Shown: positions 50,189 to 58,829 of the stretch, piece by piece | How positions within the stretch are numbered: the stretch's first letter is position 1 | How the letters are laid out: each line of letters begins with the position of its first letter | Assembly: GCA_032249135.1 (NCBI GenBank) | Contig: JAVVGL010000013.1 | Span: 1-58,829 of the forward strand | DNA: 58,829 nt | Reading direction: 5' to 3' | Source: Candidatus Calescibacterium sp. | GTDB lineage: Bacteria > Calescibacteriota > Calescibacteriia > Calescibacteriales > Calescibacteriaceae | Position numbers and translations under genes: made by a program | Notes under the pieces: model-generated | What the model saw: only the letters and a program-made list of their open reading frames with translations | Database searches by the model: none | Told to the model about the DNA's origin: nothing

Positions 50189-51184
50189 ATGGGAAAAGAG
50201 AAGGAAACAGGAAAGTTCTTGGTAACTGGTTGTGCAGGATTTATAGGTTGTTTCACAGCCAAAAAACTTTTAGAACAAAATTTTGAAGTGATAGGAATTG
50301 ATGACCTTAACGACTACTACGATATCAAACTCAAAAAATTCAGACTTGATATACTCAAAAGTTTCAGGAAATTTACATTTTTGAAATTAGACATTTCAAA
50401 AAAAGATGAAGTCTTTTCTTTGAAAGGAGAGAAATTAGATTGCATATTCAATCTCGGAGCAAGAGCAGGAGTAAGAGCAAGCATAAAAAATCCTCAAATT
50501 TATGTAGATGCAAATATAACGGGAACTCTAAATCTACTATCTTTATGTGTTGAGAATTCAATAGAAAAATTTGTTCTCGCATCAACATCAAGCATATATG
50601 CTGGAGTAAAAGCCCCCTTCAGAGAAAGCGCCAAAACAGATTCTCCTTTATCTCCTTATGCTGCAACGAAAAAGGCAGCAGAGCTTTTAGCATACACATT
50701 CCACAAACTCTATAAAATAGATATAACTATCCCAAGATATTTTACTGTATATGGACCTGCTGGAAGACCTGATATGAGCATATTCCGTTTTATAAAAAAT
50801 ATAATGGAAGACAAACCTATTATAATCTACGGCGACGGAAAACAAAAAAGAGATTTTACATATATAGATGACATAGTAGAAGGAACAATAAAAGGAACAA
50901 AAAAATTAGGATATAAAATAATAAATCTGGGAAATTCAAGAGCCGTAGAACTTATGTATGTCGTAAAACTCATAGAAGAAAATTTAGGCAAAAAGGCTAA
51001 AATAATTTTTGACAAACCAAATCCTGCGGATCTCCCTGAAACCTGTGCCGATATAACCAGAGCAAAAAAAATATTGAACTGGGAACCAAAAACGACAATA
51101 GAAGAAGGAATTAAAAAAACATGTGAGTGGTTCATAGAAAATAAAGAATTCATAAAAACAATAAGCACAGAAGAAAAAGTATAA
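50189..51184 (+). CDS. NAD-dependent nucleotide-sugar epimerase (UDP-glucuronate 4-epimerase-like)
   Basis: TGCAGFIG, ARAGVR, ASTSSIY, YAATKK, FTVYGPAGRPDM, RDFTYIDD. Confidence 0.9.
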   Translation: MGKEKETGKFLVTGCAGFIGCFTAKKLLEQNFEVIGIDDLNDYYDIKLKKFRLDILKSFRKFTFLKLDISKKDEVFSLKGEKLDCIFNLGARAGVRASIKNPQIYVDANITGTLNLLSLCVENSIEKFVLASTSSIYAGVKAPFRESAKTDSPLSPYAATKKAAELLAYTFHKLYKIDITIPRYFTVYGPAGRPDMSIFRFIKNIMEDKPIIIYGDGKQKRDFTYIDDIVEGTIKGTKKLGYKIINLGNSRAVELMYVVKLIEENLGKKAKIIFDKPNPADLPETCADITRAKKILNWEPKTTIEEGIKKTCEWFIENKEFIKTISTEEKV

Positions 51185-51252
51185 ATGAAAAATAACAAGA
51201 GGGTAAAAAATAAAACAGAGTAGAAAAAAGCAATTGAGAAAAGAACAAAACA

Positions 51253-51783
51253 ATGGGGAAAATAAGAGTTAGTGGTGGTGAGCTCAAAGGAAGAGCTTTA
51301 AAATTCAAAGGCGACGCAAGACCACTTACATCACTCATAAAGAAAGCTATCTTTGATTCAATAGATGTTTCAGGAAAAACAGTTCTTGACCTTTTTGCAG
51401 GTTCCGGCTCGTTCGGAATAGAAGCTATATCACGCGGAGCTGAATTCGTGTTATTCGTTGAATCAAATCCAAAAACAGTAGAAAATCTGAAAAAAAATAT
51501 TTACGAACTTGGAATTGAAAAAAAATCAAAAGTTGTATGCCAAGATGTAATAAAATTCCTGAAAAGAAATAATCAAAAGTTTGACATTATTTTCGCAGAT
51601 CCACCTTTCTCCTACAAAGTATCAGAAGAACTCATAAAACTTATGAAAGAAAGTTCAAACTATCTTGTCATTCTGAGAAGGTTCAAAAAAACAGATGATG
51701 AAAAAATATTCTCCTTCTTCTTTGAAAAATATGAAAAAAGAAAATATTCAGACTCGGTCCTATTTTTTGGGTTTCTAATTTAA
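51253..51783 (+). CDS. rsmD: 16S rRNA m2G966 methyltransferase
   Basis: GGELKGR, RP, LDLFAGSGSFGIEAISRGA, FDIIFADPPF. Confidence 0.9.
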   Translation: MGKIRVSGGELKGRALKFKGDARPLTSLIKKAIFDSIDVSGKTVLDLFAGSGSFGIEAISRGAEFVLFVESNPKTVENLKKNIYELGIEKKSKVVCQDVIKFLKRNNQKFDIIFADPPFSYKVSEELIKLMKESSNYLVILRRFKKTDDEKIFSFFFEKYEKRKYSDSVLFFGFLI

Positions 51784-51824
51784 TAAATTTGCAATGCAAA
51801 AACTACACACAAAATATCAGTAAT

Positions 51825-52712
51825 TTACGATTGCAATAACCACTGAGAGCGAGGTCTTGTTTCAAATATTTTCGTAAATGATACACGAGAAACCCTGTAA
51901 ATTTCTTCAGGATGAAATAAATTCACCTTCATTGCTGGAACATTGATGTTTTTCGTCTTCCAGAAATCCTCTACTTTCCTTTTGAGATCAGGAGAATCTG
52001 ATTTACTTACCCAACCAATACCGAGTATCCCTTGACCCGAAGGAATATCAAAAATTAAAATTGATATAGGACATGGTTTTTCAGCATTTATTTGGGTTTT
52101 GTGCCGAGTTGAATCACCGAATACCCACGCATCAGGGGTTACCTCAACAATCCATCTTGGAGTTATGTTAGGAATACCGGTTAGTGGATCTATTGTTGAG
52201 ACTACGGAATATATACCTTGTGAATGAGCTTTATCTCTTATTGATACAACTTCATTCAGTATGTTTTGCGGTATGGAAAAATTATAGCTTGCAAACTTAA
52301 AATTTTTAGAAAACTTGGTTTGAGCCCACAAAAGCTTTTTTCTATAAATTGGTATGGTCAAATCAATTCCTGCTTTTGGAATAACATCGTATATTTCATA
52401 TATTTCAAGTCTGAACCTCTCAACTTCTCTTTTAGCTAATCCCTTTACTTGCAGACCCGTAGGATTTTCCCATTTTATTACTGAATCCATATCAACAAGT
52501 GAAAGAGAGACTTCCGGAAACTTTTCAATAAGTTCGTAAGCTGGATTTTGCCTTGTAGTGTCAAAAATAATAAAATCATCTTTTAGTTCACAATATGTAA
52601 GGTGAAAAGGAATAGGAACTCCATCTTGGTCCTTTACACAACCAAAATGTATTTTAAAAGAAGAATTTATTGCCCTTATTAATGCATCTTTCAGATCCTA
52701 TCTTATTTCCAT
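51825..52712 (-). CDS. Tandem pyridoxamine-phosphate-oxidase-like (split-barrel) protein; in-frame TAG at codon 5 (52700-52698)
   Basis: Frame is open from 52697 through the listed ORF: DLKDALIR...DQDGVP...PEVSLSLVD...GLQVKGLA, second domain STIDPLTGIPNITP...HKTQIN; ATG GAA ATA AGA TAG precedes it. Confidence 0.6.
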
Positions 52713-52797
52713 AAATAAATAAATAAATAATATGTATGAAAAACAGAAAAAAACAGATTTTTTCATAAATCAGATCCCTTGTAATATAATCAAAAGT

Positions 52798-53358
52798 ATG
52801 CCGGAGGATATTAAAAATAAAGAAGAAGAAACTGAAAAAGTGGAAAAACAAGAAGGAGAAACCGAGAGAGAAGAAGAGAAGACTGAAAAAATAGAAATGA
52901 CAACTTTAAGGTCTTTAAAAGCAGATGAAGGTGAAGTAGAAAAATATGTATCAGATGAAATAAAAGAAGCAGAAAGTAAAGGCAAAAACTATGTAGAAAG
53001 AAACGGAAGATTAAAAAGAATAAAAGTCTATGAGTTTACCGTAGTTATAAGACCAGACCTTGGACAGCAAAAGGAAAAAGAAGTTATAGAAGAAATAAAA
53101 GATTTCGTATCAAGAAAAGTCGGCTTAATAATTGAAGAAAAAAACTGGGGAGAAAAGGAATTAGCTTACAGAATAAAAAGATATGATAGAGGTAAATATT
53201 TTTACTTTGAATATAAATCAACAGGAGAAGGAGAACGAGAACTACGGAAATTCCTTGAAACTCACGATGATGTTCTAAGATACCTTATAGTCAAAAAAGA
53301 AAAGATAGAAACAAAAGGGCATCTGTGGAGACAAAAGATGAAAGAAGCATTATCATAA
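52798..53358 (+). CDS. rpsF: 30S ribosomal protein S6 with acidic N-terminal extension
   Basis: YEFTVVIRPDL, WGEKELAYRIK, GKYFY, DVLRYLIVK. Confidence 0.9.
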   Translation: MPEDIKNKEEETEKVEKQEGETEREEEKTEKIEMTTLRSLKADEGEVEKYVSDEIKEAESKGKNYVERNGRLKRIKVYEFTVVIRPDLGQQKEKEVIEEIKDFVSRKVGLIIEEKNWGEKELAYRIKRYDRGKYFYFEYKSTGEGERELRKFLETHDDVLRYLIVKKEKIETKGHLWRQKMKEALS

Positions 53359-53362
53359 ATAT

Positions 53363-54118
53363 TTGATGGGAATTTTTAGGTCAATCATAAATGATGTTTT
53401 AGGGATTTTTACTTTTTCTGGAACTATTCTGAAAGAAATAGTAAAGCCTCCGTTTAGATTCTCCCTTTTATACAAAGAAATAGAGTTCTGCGGGATGAAA
53501 TCACTCCCCATTATTTTCATAACATCAACATTTCTTGGGATGGTTTTCACTTTACACTCAATAAGAGCTTTTTCACTTGCAAAAATGGAGTCTTTGGTTG
53601 GACCATCTGTTGTTTTATCTTTTGCAAGGGAGCTTGCAAGCGGATTCAGCGCGCTCATAATAACAGGAAGAGTTGGCTCCGCCTATTGCTCAAAGATAGG
53701 AACGATGAAAATTACAGAACAAATAGACGCCCTCTCTGTTATGGGAATCTCTCCAACTCACTATGTAGCAGTACCAAAAATATTAGCTCTATCTATAAGC
53801 ATGCCAATAATATATTTTCTGTTTATAGTCTTTGGAATTTTTGGTGGAATAATATCAGCAGCATCATACAACATAGACGCAGAGCTTTTTCTGAAAGATG
53901 TTCATAACTGGGTTGATATTGAAGACATAGTTTTAGGTGCAACAAAATCTTTTTCATTTGGACTTACAATAGGAATAGTATCGTGTTATTTTGGTTTTTC
54001 CACAAAAGGTAGCGCAGAAGCAGTAGGCGAAAGAACAACAGAATCAATAGTCTATACTATGGTAGCAATATTTATCCTCAACTACATAATATCTTATCTT
54101 TTCTACACAATAAGATGA
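53363..54118 (+). CDS. mlaE: MlaE family ABC permease
   Basis: SLPII, RELA, GRVGSA, IGTMKITEQIDAL..MG, KGSAEAVG..TT. Confidence 0.92.
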   Translation: MMGIFRSIINDVLGIFTFSGTILKEIVKPPFRFSLLYKEIEFCGMKSLPIIFITSTFLGMVFTLHSIRAFSLAKMESLVGPSVVLSFARELASGFSALIITGRVGSAYCSKIGTMKITEQIDALSVMGISPTHYVAVPKILALSISMPIIYFLFIVFGIFGGIISAASYNIDAELFLKDVHNWVDIEDIVLGATKSFSFGLTIGIVSCYFGFSTKGSAEAVGERTTESIVYTMVAIFILNYIISYLFYTIR

Positions 54119-54119
54119 T

Positions 54120-54314
54120 TTACTTCAAATCCCCCTCCACGAATTCATCCTCCGTATAATTTGGAGACCCGTATCTTTCTTGAATATCCTTCATTTCTTC
54201 ATCAGAGACATAAGGTAGAGAATTAATCCACAAGTTCAAAAATTCTTCATGCAAAACTTCCCTTACAGCCTCTTTGATTATCTCTTTTAACTTTGATATA
54301 TCTAAACTATCCAT
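54120..54314 (-). CDS. Small hypothetical protein, antitoxin-like
   Basis: LKEIIKEAVREVL...LPYVSDEEMKDI.ERYG. Confidence 0.55.
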   Translation of the reverse strand: MDSLDISKLKEIIKEAVREVLHEEFLNLWINSLPYVSDEEMKDIQERYGSPNYTEDEFVEGDLK

Positions 54315-54397
54315 AGCACAATTTATTACATCTTCATTTATTTTAATTTTACCAGTAGTAATAATTTAAGAATTTTGAAACCTTTGGAAGAAAAATT

Positions 54398-56065
54398 TCA
54401 AAGTTTTTCTATATCTTCAAGAGCATATTCTGAAAGTTTTTGAAACTCATCAATCTCTATATCGTAAATCTCTGTTTTTCCTACATCTACTATAACTGGA
54501 AATTTCAATTTATTCCCTCTTGTTTTTTTATCAAGCTTCATAGATGAGAAAAATTTTTGACGGTCTATATTTTTTTTGAACTTTGACCAATCAACACCGG
54601 AGAAAAATTCATAGAAAATTTGTTTTGCCGCATCATAAACTTTTGAATTTCCCAAAATAGCAGATGAAATTTTACTTTCAGCTATCAAACCTAACGCAAC
54701 AGCAAGTCCATGAGGTATTGAAAAACCTAAACTTGATTCTATTGCGTGTCCGATAGTGTGTCCAGCATTCAAGATCATCCTCAAACCCGTCTCCTCTTTT
54801 TCATCCTCTGACACAATTTTTGCTTTCAAAGAAGAACTTAAAGAAATAACATTTTTGAGATGTTCAGGTTCTCTTCTCAAAATGCTTTCTTTGTTTTTGA
54901 GCAAAAATTCATAAAGCTCATAGGACAAAGATAGAGCGTATTTTATTACCTCTCCCATTCCAGACAAAAATTCCCAATCAGGTAAAGTTTCAACAAATTT
55001 TATATCCGATATTACAATTGATGGCTGATAAATTACTCCTATCATGTTCTTCGCTTTCAGAGTATTGACCCCTGTTTTTCCACCTATTGCAGAGTCAACT
55101 TGTGAAAGTAAGGTAGTAGGTATGTTTATATAACCTATACCTCTTAACCAGCATGCAGCAATAAACCCTCCAAGATCACCAATAACTCCACCACCAAGCA
55201 AAGTGAGAAAATCACTTTTTTTAATATCTAAATCTGAAAAATAGTTCCAGCTGTAAATGGCATAAAAAACATCCTTTGTATTTTCTCCTTCTGGTAGAGT
55301 CAATTCAAAAGTTTCAAGTCCCAATTTTGAAAGAAAATCTAATATTACTTCTCCTACTCTTTTTTCATCAGAATACATCACATCTTTTATTGAGTGAAAA
55401 GATAATATAGCTGTTTTTCTCGCTTGCGGAAAAATCCTTTTGAGTTTCGCTGAAAGATAATCTAAAACATCCAAGTTATCAAAGATTTTGTATCCTACAA
55501 TAATATCATATGACCTTTCCGCGAGATTGACCCTTACAAAATCAATCAGAGATGTAAGTTTGAGAAAATTCAATATTTCTTCCACCACTTCATCGGGAGT
55601 TTTTTCTGTTGTATCTATGTAAAAATCGTTTATTTTATACCACTTTTCTCTTTGCAAGATAAGTTGTTTTAGTCTTTCTTCTGGTGAATCTCCTTTGAGA
55701 AGAGGTCTTTCTTCACGACTTCCCTTTATTCTCTCAAAAAGTTTTTCAGGCTTTCCTAAAAGATTAATCACTATCCCATTATTTCTTATTGTGTGAAGAT
55801 TTTGGGGATTTATCACGGCTCCTCCACCGAGAGAAACTACAAAATTGCCTTCCTTCTGAACAACATCCCGAATTACTTTTGCTTCCAAAAACCTAAAATA
55901 ATCTTCGCCATCTTGCAAAAATATATCTTTTATTTCCTTACCAGAAATCTGCTTTATTATTTCGTCTGTATCTAAAAATTCATATCCAAGTTTTTGAGCT
56001 AAAATTTTACCAACAGCAGACTTTCCAGATCCAGACGGACCAGTTATAAAAATAAACCTTCTCAT
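54398..56065 (-). CDS. aroB: Bifunctional shikimate kinase / 3-dehydroquinate synthase (AroK-AroB)
   Basis: GPSGSGKS, DTD, GE.YFR, LGGG, RPLL; GGGVIGD, PTTLLSQVDSAIGGKTG, LNAGHTIGHAIE, HGLAV, DKK. Confidence 0.94.
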   Translation of the reverse strand: MRRFIFITGPSGSGKSAVGKILAQKLGYEFLDTDEIIKQISGKEIKDIFLQDGEDYFRFLEAKVIRDVVQKEGNFVVSLGGGAVINPQNLHTIRNNGIVINLLGKPEKLFERIKGSREERPLLKGDSPEERLKQLILQREKWYKINDFYIDTTEKTPDEVVEEILNFLKLTSLIDFVRVNLAERSYDIIVGYKIFDNLDVLDYLSAKLKRIFPQARKTAILSFHSIKDVMYSDEKRVGEVILDFLSKLGLETFELTLPEGENTKDVFYAIYSWNYFSDLDIKKSDFLTLLGGGVIGDLGGFIAACWLRGIGYINIPTTLLSQVDSAIGGKTGVNTLKAKNMIGVIYQPSIVISDIKFVETLPDWEFLSGMGEVIKYALSLSYELYEFLLKNKESILRREPEHLKNVISLSSSLKAKIVSEDEKEETGLRMILNAGHTIGHAIESSLGFSIPHGLAVALGLIAESKISSAILGNSKVYDAAKQIFYEFFSGVDWSKFKKNIDRQKFFSSMKLDKKTRGNKLKFPVIVDVGKTEIYDIEIDEFQKLSEYALEDIEKL

Positions 56066-56070
56066 TACTA

Positions 56071-57342
56071 CTATCCAAAGAAAATAATTTTTGCAACAAA
56101 TATGAGCGTTAAAACCAAAATTATCGGATTAAGCTCATTCCATTTTCCTGAAACAATTTTTAAAAATGTCCAGCTTATGAAACCAAAAATAATTCCATCA
56201 GATATGCTCAAAGTGAAAGCCATAGTTATCAGAGTTATAAAAGATGGTAAAGCTGATGTGATATCATCCCAATTTACTTTCAAGGAAGAAAGCATAAAAA
56301 ATCCAACAAATATCATGGGTACAGCAACTTGTGGATAGAAAATTTTGCCTTGATACTCTATTCCTCCCGCAACAGATTTTACAACCGGGTAGAAAAATAA
56401 AGAAAGGAGAAAAAGAATTGCAACTACAAAAGCAGTAATTTTTGTTTTTCCTCCCGCCTGAATGCCAACAGCTGATTCAACATAAGTTGTAAGAGTTGTT
56501 GTGCCAAGTGGAGCTCCGATACAAGCTCCAAGAGAGTCAACTATAAAACACCTTTTTACTGTCTTTTTATCGGGTTCTATTCCACTTACTTGAAATAATC
56601 CAACCAAAGTTCCCGCTGTATCAAAAACATCAAGAAATAAAAGTATAAGTAATGCTTTCACAAAAATTTCAAAATTGGGCAAAAAAGGAGAAAAATAAGG
56701 GAATTCAGAGGGTAAGTGAGGCATCTGAAAAAATTTTTCAAAAGATACAAAACCTTTAAAGTGCAGAAAAATTGTGGATGCAATAACTCCCAAAATAACT
56801 GCCCACCTTATGCCGATCGCATATAAAGTGGCTGAGACAGCAAGTCCCAAAGCAGTAGCTAAAAAAGGAATACTTGATACATCACCAAGTTGGGTTAAAG
56901 TTGCAGGATTTGCCTGAATTATTCCTCCCCACTGTAATCCTACAAAAGTAATAAGGAGACCAATTCCAGCAGATATAGCGCTTTTGAGATCGGCAGGTAT
57001 AGACCTCAAAATCAGAGGCAAAATTCCTGAAAGAGAAATGATCAGCGATATGATAGCTGAAATAAAGTTTATAAATAGAGCTTGTTTTATATTAAGTCCA
57101 AGCGCTCCTGCAACAAAAAGCGCAACAAAAACATTATGTCCCATAGCAGGAGCAACAGCAAATGGAGTGTTTGCGAAAAGTCCCATAAGGAAAGTAGCAA
57201 TTGCAGAACTTAAAGCAGTAGCAAAAAAGACAATATAAGGGTCAGCCCCTGCACCTTGAAGAATTGAAGGCTGAACAAAAAGAATATAAGCCATAGCCGA
57301 AAAAGTTGAAAATCCAGCAAGAACTTCCCTTATGAAAACCAT
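56071..57342 (-). CDS. NCS2/AzgA-family nucleobase (purine) permease
   Basis: MAYILFVQP, APAMG, GIGL, DVFDTAGTL, YVES..GI.AGG.T, SISDGI. Confidence 0.9.
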   Translation of the reverse strand: MVFIREVLAGFSTFSAMAYILFVQPSILQGAGADPYIVFFATALSSAIATFLMGLFANTPFAVAPAMGHNVFVALFVAGALGLNIKQALFINFISAIISLIISLSGILPLILRSIPADLKSAISAGIGLLITFVGLQWGGIIQANPATLTQLGDVSSIPFLATALGLAVSATLYAIGIRWAVILGVIASTIFLHFKGFVSFEKFFQMPHLPSEFPYFSPFLPNFEIFVKALLILLFLDVFDTAGTLVGLFQVSGIEPDKKTVKRCFIVDSLGACIGAPLGTTTLTTYVESAVGIQAGGKTKITAFVVAILFLLSLFFYPVVKSVAGGIEYQGKIFYPQVAVPMIFVGFFMLSSLKVNWDDITSALPSFITLITMAFTLSISDGIIFGFISWTFLKIVSGKWNELNPIILVLTLIFVAKIIFFG

Positions 57343-57374
57343 AGCTATTTCAAACCTCCTATCCCCTACTCCAC

Positions 57375-57394
57375 TTCAAAAAAATTTTTTTGAA
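57375..57394. promoter_or_regulatory. Perfect 20-bp palindrome TTCAAAAAAATTTTTTTGAA in the permease leader
   Basis: Read directly; function unknown. Confidence 0.4.
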
Positions 57395-57447
57395 CCTCAA
57401 CTTAATTTAAATCTACTCCGCTTTTTAAATTTTACTCCATTTAAATT

Positions 57448-58431
57448 TTATCTTAAAACTTCACCTACCGTTTTCATTCCGGGGACAAGATATCTTTTAA
57501 CATAATCTTGAATTTTTTCTTTGATGTTCTGAATTTTTGATACATCGTATCCTGATTCTTCGAGCTTTTTTATATTGGCTTGTGTGAAGTTCTGATATTG
57601 CTTTTTTATATCTTCTGGCATATCAAAGTATTCTATTTTCGGTTCAAGTCCAAGAGCAGAAAATGTAGATTCTACCACAAAGTTGAAAGAATGAGCCTTT
57701 CCAGTTCCCACATTGAAAATCCCTGTTTTACCTTTTTCAAAAAGATAAAAAACTATATCAACAACATCAAAAACATAAATAAAGTCTCTCTTCTGCTCCC
57801 CATCTGGTATTTCTGGAACAAAAGATTTAAACAGCTTAACTTTCCCATAATTTACTATTTGCTCATATGCTTTCGATATAAAGCTTCTCATATCACCTTT
57901 ATGGTATTCATTAGGACCGAAAACATTGAAAAATTTCAATCCGAGAGCATAATTTAAGTAGTTGTTTTTCCAGAGCCACAAATCAAAAAGATGTTTTGAA
58001 AAAGCGTACGGATTCAAAGGGGTAAGTTCGGGGAGTTTTTCCTCATCATCATCAAATCCTTTTTCACCTGCACCATATGTTGCAGCAGAAGATGCATAAA
58101 CGAACCTTATATTTCTTGAAAGAGCAAAAAGAAAAAGTTTTTTTGAGAACTCATAATTTTCTTTTAGAACGAGACCAAAATTTTTTTCTGTCGTTGATGT
58201 TTTTGCTCCAAAATGAAAAATCACATCTACCTTCATTGATTGAACGACATCAAAAAAATCATTTTTATCTATAACATCATAAAATTCAAGACCCACAAGA
58301 TTTCTCCACTTTGAATGTGAGTTGGTATCAGAAAACGAATCAACCACGAGAATTCTATCTTCACCTTCTTTATTTAGTTTCCATATAAAAACGCTGCCTA
58401 TGAATCCTGCTCCACCCGTGACCACAACCAT
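57448..58431 (-). CDS. hldD: ADP-L-glycero-D-manno-heptose 6-epimerase
   Basis: TGGAGFIGS, STTE, YASSAATYG, PLNPYAFSK, FNVFGPNEYHKGDM, YQNFTQA. Confidence 0.93.
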   Translation of the reverse strand: MVVVTGGAGFIGSVFIWKLNKEGEDRILVVDSFSDTNSHSKWRNLVGLEFYDVIDKNDFFDVVQSMKVDVIFHFGAKTSTTEKNFGLVLKENYEFSKKLFLFALSRNIRFVYASSAATYGAGEKGFDDDEEKLPELTPLNPYAFSKHLFDLWLWKNNYLNYALGLKFFNVFGPNEYHKGDMRSFISKAYEQIVNYGKVKLFKSFVPEIPDGEQKRDFIYVFDVVDIVFYLFEKGKTGIFNVGTGKAHSFNFVVESTFSALGLEPKIEYFDMPEDIKKQYQNFTQANIKKLEESGYDVSKIQNIKEKIQDYVKRYLVPGMKTVGEVLR

Positions 58432-58829
58432 TTTTTCTGTCCCCCCTCTTCTTTGAAAAAAACCAATTTAAATTTTCCTTTTATTTTTTCTCCTTCAAGT
58501 TCAAAAACCACTCTGTTATTTTTCACACTTATCCATTTTACCTTGCCTTTATCGTATATTTTGACATCTCCTGCTCCGTACATACCTTCTGGAATTTTGC
58601 CTTCAAAGTTGTTATATTCAACGGGATGAGGTTCAGTTTCTATTGCAAGCAGTTTTTCACCTTTTGCAGGTTCTTTTGCTTTTGGTATAGCAAAGCTCCA
58701 CATAACGGTATCTTTGTTTTCAACTTTTATACCTAATAACTCATAAGATTTTTTATCCATTTGCTCAAAATCATCGGGAGTTGAAGGTACTTCCAATCTC
58801 AGATCCCAGTGAAGTCTTTTTGCTTTGTG
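58398..58829 (-). CDS. LigD-type DNA 3'-phosphoesterase domain protein (5' end outside window)
   Basis: Frame open to the window edge: HKAKRLHWDLRLE, SFAIPK, LAIETEPHPVEY..FEGKIPEG.YGAG.V.IYD.G. Confidence 0.88.
   Translation of the reverse strand, partial: HKAKRLHWDLRLEVPSTPDDFEQMDKKSYELLGIKVENKDTVMWSFAIPKAKEPAKGEKLLAIETEPHPVEYNNFEGKIPEGMYGAGDVKIYDKGKVKWISVKNNRVVFELEGEKIKGKFKLVFFKEEGGQKKWLWSRVEQDS

Noticed and set aside
54124-54139. TTCAAATCCCCCTCCA resembling the tRNA-Ser 3' end (possible att site)
   Set aside because: Short, gapped, in opposite orientation, inside an ORF, and no integrase in the window
54398-56065. AroK-AroB fusion (and CbiE-CbiT fusion) as novelty
   Set aside because: Both fusions are well known
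57343-57447. Purine riboswitch before the NCS2 permease
   Set aside because: No purine aptamer consensus or three-way junction visible

Overview
AT-rich, gene-dense chromosomal window from a diderm (LPS, Bam, Lol, Mla) bacterium. The Lys/Glu/Ile-rich proteins suggest a thermophile (inference). About 52 coding regions, mostly housekeeping genes scattered out of their usual operons (cimA, sufC, pdxH, ctaA, lspA, cbiET, rpsR-rplI, def, fur, mnmE, gcvT, fmt, dapL, bamD, rplY, lolA, lysS, rsmD, rpsF, mlaE, aroKB, hldD), plus tRNA-Gln(CTG) and tRNA-Ser(GGA) and an AbiEii-type toxin-antitoxin pair. I saw no CRISPR array, rRNA, integrase or transposase. Best leads: (1) an uncharacterised ORF with a complete set of protein-kinase-like motifs directly behind a class III PLP enzyme and ahead of an acyl-CoA ligase, possibly a kinase plus phospho-lyase/transaminase pathway; (2) a Crp/Fnr regulator - CDGSH [2Fe-2S] - DoxX module with a CRP-type box at class II position before an extended -10; (3) an ABC peptide-binding protein fused to a PQQ sugar dehydrogenase; (4) a PncC-NUDIX fusion with the catalytic Ser/Cys swapped; (5) two genes each broken by one in-frame TAG; (6) repeated 15-21 nt tandem duplications. 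All family assignments come from motif recognition by eye, not from database searches.
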